Assembly (NCBI GenBank): GCA_963813535.1
Contig: CAWEZH010000002.1
Coordinates: 1,024,001 to 1,088,000 of the forward strand
Length of the DNA: 64,000 bases
Origin: an uncultured Chloroflexia bacterium
GTDB taxonomy: Bacteria; Chloroflexota; Limnocylindria; Limnocylindrales; CSP1-4
Direction of reading: 5' to 3'
Shown piece after piece: positions 26,399 to 36,771 of this stretch; the stretch's first letter is position 1; every line of letters starts with the position of its first letter. Position numbers and translations under genes: made by a program. The notes under the pieces are model-generated. The model did not search any database and was not told where the DNA came from. It saw only the letters and a program-made list of their open reading frames with translations.

Positions 26399-27934
26399 TC
26401 AGCCCTGTGCCTGGTTGTCGATCTGTGCTCGCTGCAGGCGACCACTGAAGTCGACGTAGATCGACTTCCATTCGGTGTACGTGTCGAGCGCGATGTTGCC
26501 CGCCTCGCGGTGACCGTTGCCGGTCTCCTTCCAGCCACCGAACGGCAGATGGACCTCGGCGCCGGTCGTGCCGGCGTTGACGTAGACGATGCCGGTCTCG
26601 AAGTCGCGCATCGCCCGGAACGCCGTGTTCACGTCGCTCGTGAAGATGCTCGACGAGAGGCCGTAGCGCGTCTGGTTGAGGGCCATCATCGCCTCGCCGT
26701 AATCGGCCACCGGGATGATGGACAGGACCGGTCCGAAGATCTCCTCCTGGCCGATGCGGTCCATCGGCCGGACGCCCGAGAAGATCGTCGGCTCGAAGAA
26801 GTAGCCGTTCGCGAGGTCACCGTCGCCAGCCCGCGAGCCGCCGATGATGAGCTCGCCCTCGGACCGGCCGATGTCGACGTACGACGCCACCTTGTCGACG
26901 GCCGGCGCGTTCACGAGCGGTCCGACGTCGGTCGCCGGGTCGAGGCCGTCACCGAGCTTGAGCCCCTTGGCCCGGGTCTCCAGCCGCTGCAGCAGCGGCT
27001 CGACCACAGCCCGCTCGACGATGACCCGCGACGCCGCCGTGCATCGCTGACCCGTCGTGCCGAACGCGCTCCACAGGATGCCGTCGGCGGCGAGATCGAG
27101 GTCGGCATCGCCCAGCACGACCACCCCGTTCTTCCCGCCCAGCTCCAGCGAGAGCCGCTTCAGACGCTGCCCCGCTCGGACCGAGATCGAGCGACCCGTC
27201 TGCGAGGAGCCGGTGAAGGAGATCACGCCGATGTCCGGGTTCTCGACGATCGCATCGCCGACCTCGGCGCCGGTGCCGGTCACGAGGTTGACCACCCCGG
27301 GCGGGACGCCTGCCTCGGCCATCAGCTCGACCAGCAGCGTCGCGCAGTGGGGCGTGTCGCTCGACGGCTTGAAGATCACCACGTTGCCGGTGACGAGGGC
27401 GGGCATGATCTTCCAGCACGGGATCGCCATCGGGAAGTTCCAGGGCGTGATGATCCCGGCGAAGCCGATCGGCTGTCGGATGCTCATCGCCCACTTGTCG
27501 GGCAACTCTGACGGGACCGTGTCGCCGTGCATCCGGCGCCCTTCGCCGGCCATAAGGAAGGCGATGTCGATACCTTCCTGGACGTCGCCGCGCGCCTCCT
27601 CGATGACCTTGCCCATCTCGCGGGTCATCGCCCGCGCGAGCCGTTCCTTGTGTTCCGCCATGAGCGCACCGAACGCGTAGAGGATCTCGCCTCGCTTCGG
27701 TGCGGGCGTCCGCTGCCACATCGGTCGGGCAGCCCAGGCGGCACTCACGGCCATCGCGACATCGGCCTTCGTGCCCTGCTGGAACTGGCCGATGACGTCG
27801 CGCCGATCGGCCGGGTTGCGGCTTTCGAACGTCTCGCCGCTCGTCGAGTCGCACCACTCTCCGGCGATGAAGTGGCGGAACGTCGGGGCGTCGGCGGGAC
27901 TGGTCTCCGGGGTCCGGGTGGTCGTCTCCGTCAT
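26399..27934 (-). CDS. Aldehyde dehydrogenase family protein
   Basis: ITPWNFP, FTGS, LELGGKN, GQRCT, EEIFGP. Confidence 0.96.
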   Translation of the reverse strand: MTETTTRTPETSPADAPTFRHFIAGEWCDSTSGETFESRNPADRRDVIGQFQQGTKADVAMAVSAAWAARPMWQRTPAPKRGEILYAFGALMAEHKERLARAMTREMGKVIEEARGDVQEGIDIAFLMAGEGRRMHGDTVPSELPDKWAMSIRQPIGFAGIITPWNFPMAIPCWKIMPALVTGNVVIFKPSSDTPHCATLLVELMAEAGVPPGVVNLVTGTGAEVGDAIVENPDIGVISFTGSSQTGRSISVRAGQRLKRLSLELGGKNGVVVLGDADLDLAADGILWSAFGTTGQRCTAASRVIVERAVVEPLLQRLETRAKGLKLGDGLDPATDVGPLVNAPAVDKVASYVDIGRSEGELIIGGSRAGDGDLANGYFFEPTIFSGVRPMDRIGQEEIFGPVLSIIPVADYGEAMMALNQTRYGLSSSIFTSDVNTAFRAMRDFETGIVYVNAGTTGAEVHLPFGGWKETGNGHREAGNIALDTYTEWKSIYVDFSGRLQRAQIDNQAQG

Positions 27935-30231
27935 GACGGCGAGTGTACGGCGGTGGGCGCCTCGGCGAGCCCGTCAGGAGGCGTGTCGATGTCGCCCTCG
28001 ATGGTGACCTGTGGCAGCCAGCGCAGGAACCGCGGCAACCACCAGTTCCACTCCCCGAGCAGCCGCATCGTGGCCGGCAGCAGCACGCTCCGGACGATCG
28101 TCGCGTCGAGCAGCACCGCGACCGCCAGCCCGAACCCGAGTTGCTTGATGATCACCAGCTCCAGCGTCACGAACACGGCGAAGACCGTGATCATGATCGC
28201 CGCCGCGCTGGTGATCGTCCCGGCCGTGATGGCGATGCCACGCGCGACCGCCTCGTTCGAGGACAGTCCGTGATCTCGCGCCTCCTTGATCCGGGTGAGG
28301 ATGAACACGTGGTAGTCCATCGAGAGCCCGAACAGGATGGTGAAGATGAACACCGGCACGAACGCCTCGATCGGCCCGGGCTTGAATCCGAGCAGGTCGG
28401 CGCCGTATCCGTCCTGGAAGACGAGCACCAGCAGCCCGAATGCCGCGCCCGTCGAGAGCAGGTTGAGCAGGATCGCCTTGATCGGGATGACGATCGAGCG
28501 GAAGGCGACGAGCAGCAGGACGAACGACAGGGCCAGGACGAAACCGATGACCTTTGGAATGCCGTCGCTGTAGAAGTCGACGACATCGGCCGTGAACGCG
28601 GCCCGTCCGGTGACGAGCGCCTCGACACCGTCCAAGCCGCCGAACACCTCCGGCACGACGCTCTCGCGCACCTCGTGGACGATGTCGCGGTTGCGCAGGT
28701 CGTTCTGGCCACCGGCCATGACCACGGACACGAGCGCCGCCGTGCCGTCCGCGGAGGGCTGGGTATCAACGGGGCCGCTCAGGCCGTCGACCTCGAGCAG
28801 GCGTTGCTGGAGCGTCTCGATGGCCGACTGCGTCGCCGCCTCGTCCGCCCGGGTCACAACGACCTGGAGGGCCAGCGTGGAGCCTTCCGGCCACTTCGCG
28901 TCGAGGAGGTTGACGCCCTGCACGGCATCGATGGAGTCCGGGAACGAGGCGAAGTCGCTCTGGCCTAGGTGCAGCCGCAGCGCAGGGACGGCCATCGCCA
29001 ACAAGAGCGAGGCGGACGCCACGAAGGCGATGACCGGTCGGCGCATGACGGCCCGAACGACGACCGCCCACATGCCGCTGCCCTCCGGTCGGTCGCGTCC
29101 GAGGAACGGCACGCGCAGCCGATCCACCCCGTCGCCGAGGATAGCCAGGGTTGCCGGCAGGAACGTGAGCGAGCCGATGACTGCGATGAGCACGACCGAG
29201 ATCGTCCCGATGGCCATCGACTGGAAGAGGATGTCGTCGAGCAGGAACAGTCCCGCGATCGAGAAGATGACCGCCAGGCCGGAGAAGAACACGGCCCGGC
29301 CCGCGGTCGCAGACGCGACGCGGATGGCGTCTGGCTTAGCCCGCCCATGACGTCGCTCGGTGCGGTAGCGGGTGATCATGAACAATGAGTAGTCGACCGC
29401 GACCGCGAGGCCGATGAGCACGATGAGCTGGCTCGCGTACGGGCTGACGGGATCGAACACTTGGCTGTAGATGCCGAGCACGCCGAACGCGGCAAGGAGC
29501 GCCGTCACGGCCAGGACCAGCGGCACGATCGCCGCGACGGCCGCCCCGAACGCGACGAGCAGGATGAGGAACGTCAGCGGGATGGTCAGCCGCAGCGAGG
29601 CGTCGAGACCGCCGGTGACCAATTCCTGGATGTCCTCGTTGGCGAGCGATCCGTCGAGCGAGTGGATCCGAAGATCGCGATGTGCCGCCCGGGCGTCGTC
29701 GAGGAACGAGCGCATGTTCGCGAGCTTCTCGTCGACGGCGGCCCCATCGCCGGGCACCGCGGCCGCGATCCGGACCGTCGATCGGTCCGGCGAGATGAGA
29801 CCGGCCTCGGCCGGCGCGAGTCGTGGATCGACGATCTCTGCGAACGTCGGTTCGGCCGTCCCGTCGATCGTGGTCGTGTGGGCCGCCATCCGAGCGAGCA
29901 CGTCGTCCAGCGCGTCAGTCGTTGAGGGGTCGTCGATGGTTCCGGCCGCGGTGCCCACGACGAGCAGAGTCCGATGGGTGGCGTCCTCCACACCCGTCGA
30001 CCCGAACACGTCGTAGGCTCGGGCCGCCTCGTAGGTCGACTCCTCGGACGCGTCCTCATCGACCGCATCGGCGGTGCGCGTCCCGCCCATCGCCAGGCTG
30101 GCCACGAACAGGCCGATCGTCAGGACGAACCACAGACCAAACACCATCCAGCGATGGCGCGCGCTCCAGCCCGCGACCCGGACGGTCCACGGTTGCCGGG
30201 TGACGGTCCCGGCATCGATCGGTCGCGTCAT
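27931..30231 (-). CDS. MMPL (RND superfamily) transporter
   Basis: GLAVAVDYSLF, GRAVFFSG, FGLSMDYHVF, LDATIVR..LLPA. Confidence 0.95.
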   Translation of the reverse strand: MTRPIDAGTVTRQPWTVRVAGWSARHRWMVFGLWFVLTIGLFVASLAMGGTRTADAVDEDASEESTYEAARAYDVFGSTGVEDATHRTLLVVGTAAGTIDDPSTTDALDDVLARMAAHTTTIDGTAEPTFAEIVDPRLAPAEAGLISPDRSTVRIAAAVPGDGAAVDEKLANMRSFLDDARAAHRDLRIHSLDGSLANEDIQELVTGGLDASLRLTIPLTFLILLVAFGAAVAAIVPLVLAVTALLAAFGVLGIYSQVFDPVSPYASQLIVLIGLAVAVDYSLFMITRYRTERRHGRAKPDAIRVASATAGRAVFFSGLAVIFSIAGLFLLDDILFQSMAIGTISVVLIAVIGSLTFLPATLAILGDGVDRLRVPFLGRDRPEGSGMWAVVVRAVMRRPVIAFVASASLLLAMAVPALRLHLGQSDFASFPDSIDAVQGVNLLDAKWPEGSTLALQVVVTRADEAATQSAIETLQQRLLEVDGLSGPVDTQPSADGTAALVSVVMAGGQNDLRNRDIVHEVRESVVPEVFGGLDGVEALVTGRAAFTADVVDFYSDGIPKVIGFVLALSFVLLLVAFRSIVIPIKAILLNLLSTGAAFGLLVLVFQDGYGADLLGFKPGPIEAFVPVFIFTILFGLSMDYHVFILTRIKEARDHGLSSNEAVARGIAITAGTITSAAAIMITVFAVFVTLELVIIKQLGFGLAVAVLLDATIVRSVLLPATMRLLGEWNWWLPRFLRWLPQVTIEGDIDTPPDGLAEAPTAVHSPS

Positions 30232-30851
30232 GCTGCGGCCGGCGGGTCCCCGCAGGCCCAGCGCAGGCGACCGACCAGGGTCGCGGCGGCGCCAGCCGGG
30301 GCGACGTCGCCGCCGGTCAGGACGGCCACGTCGACCGGTGCGAGACCGGCCCGGTGCGCGGTGTCGGTGTCGATGTCGGGCAGGTCCAGCCGCGGGCCAT
30401 AGTTCGCGATGGCGCCGCTACCGCGGTCGGTCAGGTGGATCTCGAAGCCCGATCCTGGGAAGTCGATGTAGGCGTCGTAGTCGATGCCGTCGGCCGGTGT
30501 CGGCAGGCCGCTGACGGCTTCGACATTCGACCGCGCGGCGTCCCACCGGCACCAGGCCGTGCCCTCGATGCTGAGCGTGGTCGGCGTGTCAAGGCAAAGG
30601 CGCCATCGACCCGCGCCCTCGTCCGACGTGTCCATCTCCCCGCCGGGCTGCGGGGCGTCCTCGGCCCCCGGGTCCTGTTGGATGACGCACTCGAGATCGG
30701 CCGCGGGCTCCGGAGATGTGGCGGCACCCGATCCGGACGGCGCAGCGGAGCCGCACGCGGAGGCGAGCGCCGCGACGGCGAAGCACAGGGCCGCGGCTAC
30801 AGGACCGCGCGCGGCGCGCGAACCCGCCATCCGTCGTCTCGCGGCTGGCAT
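30228..30851 (-). CDS. Hypothetical lipoprotein
   Basis: Lipobox ASAC after a hydrophobic stretch; stop overlaps the MMPL start. Confidence 0.7.
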   Translation of the reverse strand: MPAARRRMAGSRAARGPVAAALCFAVAALASACGSAAPSGSGAATSPEPAADLECVIQQDPGAEDAPQPGGEMDTSDEGAGRWRLCLDTPTTLSIEGTAWCRWDAARSNVEAVSGLPTPADGIDYDAYIDFPGSGFEIHLTDRGSGAIANYGPRLDLPDIDTDTAHRAGLAPVDVAVLTGGDVAPAGAAATLVGRLRWACGDPPAAA

Positions 30852-30856
30852 CCCCG

Positions 30857-32086
30857 TCAGACCCGCTCGACCGCCATGGCGACCGAGCCGCCGCCGCCCA
30901 GGCAGAGCGTGGCCAGCCCGTACCGGCCTTCCCTCCGGGCCAGCTCGTGGAGGAGCGTCGCGACGATGCGGGCGCCGCTCGCCCCGATCGGATGGCCGAG
31001 CGCGATCGCACCACCGTTGACGTTGACCTTGTCCCAGTCGAAACCGAGCTCGCGGCCGTCGGCAAGCGTCTGTGCCGCGAACGCTTCGTTGATCTCTATC
31101 AGGTCGAACGCGTCGATCGGCAGCTCGATGCGGTCGAGCAGCCGCTTCACACCTTCGACCGGGGCGAGGAATAGCCACTTCGGGGCCACCTCGGCCTGGG
31201 CATACCCGACGATGCGCGCGAGGGGCGTCAGGCCGAGTCGCTCGACCGCACGCTCGCTGGCGACGACCGTGGCGGCGGCGCCATCGGTGATGCCCGGCGC
31301 GTTGCCGGCGGTCACGGTCCCGGTCGTCGCGTCACCGCGATCCTCGCCGTCGGGCAGGGCGAACGCCGGCTTGAGTCTGGCAAGCGCCTCGGCGCTCGTG
31401 TCGCGACGCGGGTTCTCGTCCACGTCGACGACCGTCTCGCGGCCCTTGGCATCCGTGATCGTGACCGGCGCCATCTCGGCATCGAAGCGGCCCGCGTCGA
31501 TCGCCGCGATGGCCTTCTGGTGGCTGGCGAGCGCGAATGCGTCCTGGTCCTCGCGGCTCACGCTGTCCTTGATCGCGACGCGCTCGGCATGCGTGCCCAT
31601 GTGGCAGTCCTCGATCGAGCACCACAGGCCGTCTGCCACGGTCGAGTCGATGAGTTTCGCGTCGCCGAGTCGAAGGCCGAACCGGGCGCCGGGGAGGAGG
31701 TACGGCGCGCCGTTCATCGACTCCATGCCACCGGCGATCACGACCTCGGCATCACCGGCCCGGATCTCCGCTGCGGCGAGCATGATCGCCTTGAGCCCCG
31801 ACCCGCAGACGCGGTTGATGGTGGTGGCGCTGGTCGAATCGGGGAGGCCGGCATTCAGTGCCGCCTGGCGCGCCGGCGCCTGGCCAGAGCCAGCCTGGAG
31901 CACCTGACCCATGAGCACGTCGTCGACCTGGACGGTGGCCGGGTCGAGGCCGGCACGTTCGACCGCCGCACGGATGGCGACGCCACCCAGCGTCGTCGCA
32001 GGCACGCCACTCAGCCCTCCGCCGAACTTCCCGATGGGCGTACGGGCCGCGCTCACGATGAAGGTCTGGCCGTTCCGGTCCTGCAT
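30857..32086 (-). CDS. Acetyl-CoA C-acetyltransferase (thiolase)
   Basis: RTPIG, NRVCGSG, NEAFA, GHPIGASG, CLGGG. Confidence 0.97.
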   Translation of the reverse strand: MQDRNGQTFIVSAARTPIGKFGGGLSGVPATTLGGVAIRAAVERAGLDPATVQVDDVLMGQVLQAGSGQAPARQAALNAGLPDSTSATTINRVCGSGLKAIMLAAAEIRAGDAEVVIAGGMESMNGAPYLLPGARFGLRLGDAKLIDSTVADGLWCSIEDCHMGTHAERVAIKDSVSREDQDAFALASHQKAIAAIDAGRFDAEMAPVTITDAKGRETVVDVDENPRRDTSAEALARLKPAFALPDGEDRGDATTGTVTAGNAPGITDGAAATVVASERAVERLGLTPLARIVGYAQAEVAPKWLFLAPVEGVKRLLDRIELPIDAFDLIEINEAFAAQTLADGRELGFDWDKVNVNGGAIALGHPIGASGARIVATLLHELARREGRYGLATLCLGGGGSVAMAVERV

Positions 32087-32187
32087 GGCCCGAGTCTACG
32101 CCGAGGCTCTCGGATGGGCCGCGGATGAGAGTTCGCGGCGAAGGACACGGTAAGCCGCGGGTAAGGACGCGCAACGATGCTTGCCCG

Positions 32188-32934
32188 ATGGATGACCAGC
32201 GCATCGGCTGGACGCTGCGCGCCATCCGTCTCCGCAAGCGCTGGCGCCAATCCGACCTGGCCGCGCGAGCTCGAGTCTCCCGGTGGGTCGTCCTGCGCAT
32301 CGAGCACGGTCGGCTCGCGTCGGTTCCGATCGGCAAGCTGCGAGCGGTCGCGGCCGCCCTCGACGCCCGGGTCGACGCTGTCGTGCGCTGGCATGGCGGC
32401 GACCTTCCCCGGCTGCTCAGCGCGCGCCACTCCCGGATGCACGAGGACCTGGCGCGCTTCTTCGGCGACCTTCCCGAGTGGGTCGTCGAGCCGGAAGTAT
32501 CGTTCTCGATCTACGGCGAGCGGGGTGTCATCGACGTCCTCGCCTGGCATCCGACGAGACGCATCCTCCTCGTCATCGAGCTGAAGACCGAGATCGTCGA
32601 TATCAACGAGATGCTTGGAACCCTCGACAGGAAGCGTCGGCTGGCGATCGACATCGCCCGTGACCGAGGATGGCAGCCTGTGGCTGTGGCCACCTGGCTG
32701 GTCATCGCGACTGGACGCTCGAATCGACGGGCGGTCGCCGATCACGCGGCAGTCCTCCGCGCGAAGCTCCCCGCCAACGGCCGGGCGATGCGCGCCTGGC
32801 TGCGGAACCCGGTTGGGCCTCTCGACGCGCTGAGTTTCATGCCATCCGTGTATGGCACGCACCTTGGGTCCACGTCCGGCCCGATCCGCCGGGTCAGCAA
32901 GCGTCGACCGGGTCGCGACACGCACGAATCCTGA
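32188..32934 (+). CDS. XRE-type HTH protein fused to a PD-(D/E)xK restriction-endonuclease-like domain
   Basis: LRAIRLRKRWRQSDLAARARVS...RIEHG (HTH); EVSF...IDVLAW...VIELKT (E...D...ExK). Confidence 0.75.
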   Translation: MDDQRIGWTLRAIRLRKRWRQSDLAARARVSRWVVLRIEHGRLASVPIGKLRAVAAALDARVDAVVRWHGGDLPRLLSARHSRMHEDLARFFGDLPEWVVEPEVSFSIYGERGVIDVLAWHPTRRILLVIELKTEIVDINEMLGTLDRKRRLAIDIARDRGWQPVAVATWLVIATGRSNRRAVADHAAVLRAKLPANGRAMRAWLRNPVGPLDALSFMPSVYGTHLGSTSGPIRRVSKRRPGRDTHES

Positions 32935-33135
32935 GTGGATCGCCCCGTTCTGGGCGCGGGGCGGGCGCCACGATGGCCTGGATGCGGCCGTAGGTGCACG
33001 GGGTGCACCGATGGCCGAGATCGGGGGGCGAGGGTCTAGGGGCAGGACCAGGAGCGGGGCCTCGGCACCGCGGCGAGGTCACCCCCGCGACACGGGACGG
33101 TACGCTGGAAGGCAGCCACACGAACGGAGGACGTC

Positions 33136-33492
33136 ATGCCCGGTGCCCGTATTTCCCACGTCGAGTTCCCCGCCGATGACCTCGAGCGAGCGAAGCGCTT
33201 CTACGCGGCCGTGGCCGGGTGGGAATTCCAGGCCATGGAGGGGTTCGACGACTACGAGCTGTTCTCGACCGACGAACAGACCGGAGGCGCGATCGGCGCC
33301 CGCGGGACGAGCACCGGGAAGGCGATCCGGATCTTCATCACGGTCCCGGATCTCGAGCAGGCCCGCGACGCGGCGATCGCCAACGGCGGGGCACTCGTCG
33401 AGGACATCACCGATGTCCAGGGCCAGGGCCGCTATGTCCTGGTCCGCGACACCGAGGGCAGCGAGGTCGCGCTCTGGCAGAACCCGGGCTAG
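33136..33492 (+). CDS. VOC/glyoxalase family protein
   Basis: HVEFPADDLERAKRFY, RDTEG.EVALWQ; GGAGG RBS. Confidence 0.92.
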   Translation: MPGARISHVEFPADDLERAKRFYAAVAGWEFQAMEGFDDYELFSTDEQTGGAIGARGTSTGKAIRIFITVPDLEQARDAAIANGGALVEDITDVQGQGRYVLVRDTEGSEVALWQNPG

Positions 33493-33499
33493 CCGTCGC

Positions 33500-34668
33500 T
33501 CAGCGGCTGGCCCGCTTGAGGACCTCGCCCGCCACGATCTCGCGGTGGATCTGGTTCGTGCCCTCGTAGATCTGGGCGCCCTTGGCGTCACGCATCAGGC
33601 GTTCCACGCCGGTCTCGCGCGAGTAGCCACTCGCACCGAACAGCTGGACGGCATCGGTGGCGACCCGCATCGCCACGTCCGACGCGGTCCACTTGGCGAG
33701 CGATGACACCTCCGCCAGGGGCTCACCGCGATCCTTGGCCGCGGCAGCTTCCCGGGTGAGTGCCCGCGCCGCCGCCACGTCCCGTGCCATCTCGGCCAGC
33801 GTGAACCGCAGGCCCTGCTGCTCGGACAACGGCCCGCCGAACGCCGTTCGCTCGCCGAGATAGCCGGCCGCGGCATCCAGTCCGGCCCGTGCCAGCCCGA
33901 CGCACGCGGCCGCGATCGAGATCCGTCCCTCGCCGAGCGCCGACAGCGCGATCCGGTATCCCTCGCCCTCCTCGCCAAGCCGGTTCGCCACGGGGACCTC
34001 GCAGCCCTCGAACACGAGCTCGGCCGCGGGACAGGCGCGGATGCCCATCTTCCTCTCGTGCGCACCGAACCGGAAGCCGGGCATCCCCTTCTCCACGAGG
34101 AATGCCGTGATGCCCTTCGAGCCGGCCTCAGGATCGACCGTGGCGAACACGAGGTAGCGCTCGGCCTCCGGTGCGTTCGAGATCCAGATCTTCGTCCCGG
34201 TCAAGCCGGTACGCCTCGCCGTCTCCCACGACCTCGGCCCGGGTGCGGATGGCCGACGCATCGGAGCCGGCGTGCGGCTCCGTCAGCGCGAACGCACCGA
34301 GGGCCTCGCCGGACTGCATCGCGGGGAGCCAGCGGGCACGCTGCTCGTCGGTCCCCCAGGTGACGACCGGGTACTGCGACAGGATGTGGACCGACAGCGA
34401 CACGGCCATGGCCATGTCGGCCGCGCCGAGCTCCTCCATGACCAGCGTCCAGGCCAGATACGAGAAGCCGGCCCCGCCCACCGCTGCAGGGAACGGCGCC
34501 GCCGTCAGCCCGAGCGCCCCCATCTTGGCGAACAGGGACCGGTCGTAGCGTTCCGCCTCGTCCCGCTCGATCGCACCGGGTGCGACCTCGCGCTGCGCGA
34601 AGTCGCGCGCGGTCGACTCGAGCAGCCGCTCCTCGTCGCCGAGGGCTGGGGACCGGCGCCGCGGTCAT
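33500..34668 (-). CDS. Acyl-CoA dehydrogenase (butyryl-CoA type), with two +1 frameshifts near 34650 and 34203
   Basis: FALTEPHAGSDA, GTKIWISN, KMGIRA, GRISIAA, QIYEGTNQI distributed across three frames. Confidence 0.9.
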
Positions 34669-35534
34669 GATCGCTCGCGCGGATACGTGTAGAAGCCCTG
34701 GCCGGTCTTCTGGCCGAGGTGCCCGGCATCGACCAGCTCGACGAGCACGTGCGGCGGGCGCATGTGCTCGAGCCCGAGCCCATCCTCGAGCACGCGCATG
34801 ATCCCAAGACACACGTCGAGGCCGATGAAGTCGGCCAGCTCGAGCGGGCCCATCGGGTGGTTGAGGCCGATCCGGGCGCCCGCGTCGATGTCCTCGGCCG
34901 TGCCGACGCCCTGCTCGAATGCGCGCATCGACTCGGCGAGGAACGGCATCAGGATCCGGTTGACGATGAACCCCGGTCGGTCGGCCAATTCGATGACCTG
35001 CTTGCCGAGCTCCGCGGAGAGCGCACGGATCGACTCGACCGTCTCGTCGGAGGTGTCGCCGGATCGGATCAGCTCGACGAGCGGCATGACCGGCACCGGG
35101 CTGAAGAAGTGCATCCCCACGAAGCGGCTGCGTCGGTCGCTCGACACTGACTCTGCGAGCCGGCGGATCGCGATCGAGCTCGTGTTCGACGCGAACGTCG
35201 TCTCCGGCGGCGCGATCCCGTCGAGCTGCCGCCACAGGGCGGACTTGACGCCCAGGTCCTCGAAGACCGCCTCGACGACGAGGTCGCTGTCGGCGGCCGC
35301 GGCCGCGTCGTCGGTCGGTGTGATCCGGGCGATCGTGGCGTCTCGGTCGGCTGCATCGAGGCGGCCCTTGTCCACCGCGCGCTGCAGGTTCCCGGCGATC
35401 CGGTCCCGGCCGGCCTCGGCGCGCGCCAGCTCGGGCTCGTACAGGACCACCTGCTTGCCGACTGCCGCATGGACCTGGGCGATGCCGTGGCCCATCAGGC
35501 CTGCTCCGGCGACGAACACCCGCTCGATCGTCAT
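34665..35534 (-). CDS. 3-hydroxybutyryl-CoA dehydrogenase
   Basis: GAGLMGHG, EAVFE, ASNTSS, GMHFFSP, PGFIVNR, HPMGPL.LAD.IGLD. Confidence 0.95.
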   Translation of the reverse strand: MTIERVFVAGAGLMGHGIAQVHAAVGKQVVLYEPELARAEAGRDRIAGNLQRAVDKGRLDAADRDATIARITPTDDAAAAADSDLVVEAVFEDLGVKSALWRQLDGIAPPETTFASNTSSIAIRRLAESVSSDRRSRFVGMHFFSPVPVMPLVELIRSGDTSDETVESIRALSAELGKQVIELADRPGFIVNRILMPFLAESMRAFEQGVGTAEDIDAGARIGLNHPMGPLELADFIGLDVCLGIMRVLEDGLGLEHMRPPHVLVELVDAGHLGQKTGQGFYTYPRERS

Positions 35535-35574
35535 CGACCGGTAGCGTAGCGCGCCGTCGGCCGGCCTCGGGTCG

Positions 35575-36771
35575 TCACGCCGGTCGGGCCTCGACCACGA
35601 GCGATCGACGCCGCACCGCCAGGACCGTCGCGCCGATCGCCGACACGATGGCCGAGACGATGAACGCCGCGGGGTAGCCGCTGGCATCCACGGCGATGCC
35701 CAGGAGAGCCGGCGACAGCCCGAAGCTGAGGTCCAGGAACACGCTCGACGTCCCGACGACCGATCCACGCTCGGACTCGTCCACCCGTGCGACCGCGAGC
35801 GCGATCAGTGCCGGGAACATGAACGCGATGCCGGATGCGAACACCGCAGTACCGATGAACAGCCCGGCCGGCCCGGGCAGGATCCCGATCAGTGCCAGGC
35901 CGATCGCACCGACGACCAGCGCACCACCCGACAGCCGCGCGGCCCCGACCTGGTCCGGCAGCCGCACGAAGACGATCCGCAGCCCGACGACGATGAAGGC
36001 GTACATCGCGAGCGGGATGCCCGCCCCATCGAGCCCGAGGGACGTGGCATGTAGCGGCACGAACGCCAGGAACCCGGCCATGCCCCACGCGCCGGTGAGG
36101 ATGAGGAAGCCGGGCAGGACGCCGGCCGGATGGAAGAATCGACCCCGGGGAGGCCGCTCGCCCGTGGCCGCCGCCGCAAGCACGCCCGGGGCCGTCTCGG
36201 GGACGAACAGCGCCAGCACCGTCGCGATACCCGTGATCAGGGCCGCGCCGATCCACACGACCGCGAACCCCGTCGCCGCGAGGATCGCCTCACCGAGGAA
36301 CGGCCCGACCGCTAGACCGAGGTAGACCGACAGCGACGCGATGTTGATCGCCTCCCCCCGCCGCTCCTCGGGCGCGAGGTCGCTGACGGCAGCCAATGCC
36401 GCGACGAAGAACAGCGCCTCGCCGACGCCGTACACCGCCCGCACGACGATGAACACCGGGAGCGTCGTCGCAACGAGGTGCGCCGCGAACGCGGCGACCG
36501 TGACCGCGCCACCGAGCAACAGGAGTGGCCGCCGGCCGAAGCGGTCGGCGGCCCAGCCGACGACAGGTCGGAAGGCCAGGGCGGCGACCGAGAATGCGCC
36601 GATGCCGACCCCGACGCCCAGACCACTGGCGCCGAGCGGTCCGCTGGCGAACCGGGTCGCGACCGGGAGCACGAGGCCACCGGCAGTGAAGAACGCCAGC
36701 GCCGACACGAACAGGGCGAGGAAGGCCGGCGTGACGAGCGGTGGTCGCGGGTCGGACGTCGCCTGGCTCAC
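35575..36771 (-). CDS. MFS transporter
   Basis: GWAADRFGRR motif A; about 12 TM helices. Confidence 0.92.
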   Translation of the reverse strand: MSQATSDPRPPLVTPAFLALFVSALAFFTAGGLVLPVATRFASGPLGASGLGVGVGIGAFSVAALAFRPVVGWAADRFGRRPLLLLGGAVTVAAFAAHLVATTLPVFIVVRAVYGVGEALFFVAALAAVSDLAPEERRGEAINIASLSVYLGLAVGPFLGEAILAATGFAVVWIGAALITGIATVLALFVPETAPGVLAAAATGERPPRGRFFHPAGVLPGFLILTGAWGMAGFLAFVPLHATSLGLDGAGIPLAMYAFIVVGLRIVFVRLPDQVGAARLSGGALVVGAIGLALIGILPGPAGLFIGTAVFASGIAFMFPALIALAVARVDESERGSVVGTSSVFLDLSFGLSPALLGIAVDASGYPAAFIVSAIVSAIGATVLAVRRRSLVVEARPA

